Part shown: piece after piece, positions 36,165-38,790 of the stretch
Layout: each line of letters begins with the position of its first letter
How positions within the stretch are numbered: the stretch's first letter is position 1
DNA from: Candidatus Methylomirabilia bacterium
Lineage (GTDB): Bacteria; Methylomirabilota; Methylomirabilia; Rokubacteriales; CSP1-6
Assembly (NCBI GenBank): GCA_046758965.1
Contig: JBHIBG010000017.1
Location: forward strand, 1 to 38,790
DNA length: 38,790 nt
Direction: 5' to 3'
Made by a program: the position numbers and the translations under genes
The notes under the pieces: generated by a model
Databases searched by the model: none
What the model was told of the DNA's origin: nothing
What the model saw: the letters and a program-made list of their open reading frames with translations, nothing else

Positions 36165-38790
36165 ATGAAGCGGGCCATCGAAGAAGGCTTTCCGATCGTT
36201 GAGATCAATCGGCTCGCCGTGCCGGAGCGAAACGCCTTTAAGCCTATCTACCAGATGCACAAGTAGTTCGCCCGACGGGCCTCGTGCGTGTTTCGGGCGA
36301 TCCTCCTCGGCTGCCTCAAGCCCGCCGGCACCGACATCATGGCCGAGTTCTACAAGGACCACTCCAATGATCCCGACACGGTCAGCAAACTCATCCTCGA
36401 CCCGTTCATGGGAGGCGGCACCACTGTGGTGGAGGCCCTTCGCCTCGGTTGCAAGGTGATCGGCATCGACCTGAACCCCGTGGCGTGGTTCATCGTCAAG
36501 ACCGAAGTGGAGCGGGTGGACCCGGATGAGCTCCGGGCGGCCTTTGACCGCTTGGCTAACCGGCCGGTGGTCTGGAGCGGGAAGTCGGGCCGGGAGACCC
36601 TCCTCGAGCAATACAAGACCAGTTGCCCCTGCTGCGGAAGCTCTGATGCCGACATCATCTACACTTTCTGGGTGAAGTCAGCCATCTGCACCAATCCGGC
36701 TCCGCCGTGTGAGAGGAAAACCCTGGTCCCCCTCTTTTCGGATTACGTAATTGCCCAGAAGTCCCCTTCCATCCGCTACTGGCGGGACGCCCGCTGTCCC
36801 CGCTGCGATAGGACCTTCGACTGGGAGGTGGAGCCCGCCACTCTCATCGGCGAGCCGGATTTCATGATCTCCAGCCCCACGTACTCCGCCGGGGTAGGGC
36901 GGACTACCTCCCGGTGGGCCTACTCCTCGGAGAACACTGTTCAATGCCCCTGGTGTCGGGAGAAGGTGAGGCCGCTCCCCGTAAAGGCGAGGCTGGAACG
37001 GAAGAAGGTGCCCCTGAACGTCCTTCTCTGCCCCTTCTGCGAGGCCGCCTGGCAGTGGCGAGGGGAGCTGCCTCAGGAGGTCACCTGTCCGGTCTGCCAC
37101 CACGGCTACAACCCCAAGCAGGGCAACCTCCCCAAGGATGGCTGGTTTCTCTGCGGCATCTGCGGTCAGCCGGACCGGGTCATCCACTCCATCCGCCAGC
37201 TCCCCGACCACCAGCTCCTCCCTATACACCCTTACGCCATCCAGGGCTACTGTGCGAGGTGCGCGGGAGGCGCGGCTGACGACGACGAGGAAGAGGAATC
37301 CGACCTCCTGGGCCCGCGCCGCCAGCCGAAGCGAAAAAAACCTTTCCCCGATCACCCCTGCTGGCTCACCAAGAGCAGCGGCAAGTTTTTCACCCGGGTC
37401 CGCCCGGCTGACCTCGCCCGCTACCAGGCGGCTAGTGGTCGGTGGGAGCGGGAGAAGGACCGCTTGCCGTATCCGAAGTCGGAGATTCCCCTGGGCGAAA
37501 AGACCAAGTCGGGGCTGATTGCACACCACTACCGCTACTGGCACCAGATATTCACCCCTCGCCAGCTCCTCTGCCTCTCCACGCTTCTCGATGGCGTCTT
37601 TCAGGAGCGAAGTGAAACGGTTCGTGACTTTCTGTTGTGTTGTTTTTCTATGACTCTTGATACCAACGATGTGTTCACACGGAGTCGCGCGTCTCGAAAT
37701 ACACCTGGAGGTACTGCGCCAGGCGGAATATTCAGCCGACACGATTTTCAGCCGAAAAGCACTTTTATAGAGCAATCCGTGTGGGGTGCACCAACGTCTG
37801 GGACGAACACTTTTGTTCGGCGTATAGCAATGATCGAGAGTGGGCTGCGCTATCGGGATAACCCGTACGATGGGCAGGAGACATGTAACGTTTCAGGGGG
37901 AAGGGATCCAATAAAGGGCGTCCCCGACTTAAGATGCGAGTCGGCTAATCCAATACCATCTGACCTCACCACAATCGATCTCGTAGTGACTGATCCTCCA
38001 TATGGCGGGAACGTGAACTATTCGGAGTTAGCGGACTTCTTTTATGTGTGGCTCCGATTGGGTTTGGCGAACCGGTGGAAATGGTTTACGCCGGAGTACT
38101 GCCCCAAGGTCGAAGAAATTGTTGTTAACCCCACTCGCGGTCAGAAGTCTGTTGATTTTGAACAGGGTTTAAAGGGAGTTTTTGGCAGCATCCGCTCCAG
38201 GCTCAAATACGATGGTCTGCTTGTTTTCACGTTTCATCATCGAGAAGGCGGGGCCTGGGAGTTGCTACTGCGTGCCTTATGTGAGGCTGGTTACATAGTC
38301 GGAGCCGTTTTTCCCGTTCAAGGTGAAGCGGAAAACGCTATGCCCATTATGGGCGGGGCAAATATTACGTATGACCTCATTCATGTTTGTCGCATCCGCG
38401 ACCTGAAGGAAACTGCCGAATCTCGATCGTGGGCTGGCATTCGCCAGGAGGTTCGCCGCCGAGCGCGTGAGGAGATTCGCATAATAGAAGCCGGCCGATA
38501 CGGGCGCGGGCTGAGTCCGACAGACATAAACCTGATTCTGATTGGCAAATGCCTGGAGCTTTATAGTCGTCATTACGGGGCCATAGTCGATCATGAGGAC
38601 AACGTGTTGGAGTTGAGAGATGCGCTTAAAGAGATCAAAAATCTTGTGGACCAGCTGGTGGCCAAGGATCAACCACTTCCGTCTGAGCTTGAAGATATTG
38701 ACCCGGAGAGCAGAATCTACCTTCTCAATCTTTGTAACCGGAAGGAGATCAAGGGCGACGAGGTCCACAAGGCCACCCGGGGCGTCCTTG
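36165..38790 (+). pseudogene. DUF1156-like adenine DNA methyltransferase with Zn ribbons; in-frame TAG at codon 34; runs off the window
   Basis: MKRAIEEGFP...PIYQMHK*FARR (TAG at 36264-36266 where Trp is normal). The same frame continues with LDPFMGGGT (SAM motif), GIDLNPVA, eight Cys pairs, VTDPPY (Asp codon at 37992), YSELADFFYVWLR and LVFTFHH. Confidence 0.88.

Overview
High-GC bacterial window in two halves. The left ~24 kb is catabolic and regulatory. It starts with a minus-strand hydantoinase/oxoprolinase A-B pair, a SerK/SbnI-like serine kinase and the N-terminus of a TrpB2-type tryptophan synthase (absent from the ORF track), with a GntR/UTRA regulator upstream. Next come a small Cys-rich protein, a DUF420 membrane protein and a molybdopterin oxidoreductase-IscS fusion. 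A PotABCD-like ABC transporter heads a run of alpha/beta hydrolase, CoA transferase, D-aminoacylase, dihydropyrimidinase and cupin genes. A YdhR gene and an AAA-wHTH regulator follow, with 11-bp direct repeats upstream. The right ~15 kb is a defence-island-like accessory region: TPR protein, MNT-HepT toxin-antitoxin pair (toxin has a nonsense codon), internally deleted IS3-like element, and an Nma111/DegP7-like protease divergent from a WYL regulator with a sigma54-like promoter. It continues with an Fe-S PD-(D/E)XK nuclease and a BREX-related operon: HTH, DUF499-like ATPase, stand-alone PglZ, PIN toxin plus partner, and a DUF1156-like adenine methyltransferase with an in-frame TAG that runs off the window. 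The two best candidates for an under-described system are the BREX-related operon and the SerK-TrpB2 phosphoserine-dependent indole salvage module. All family calls come from motif recognition by eye; no database search was run.
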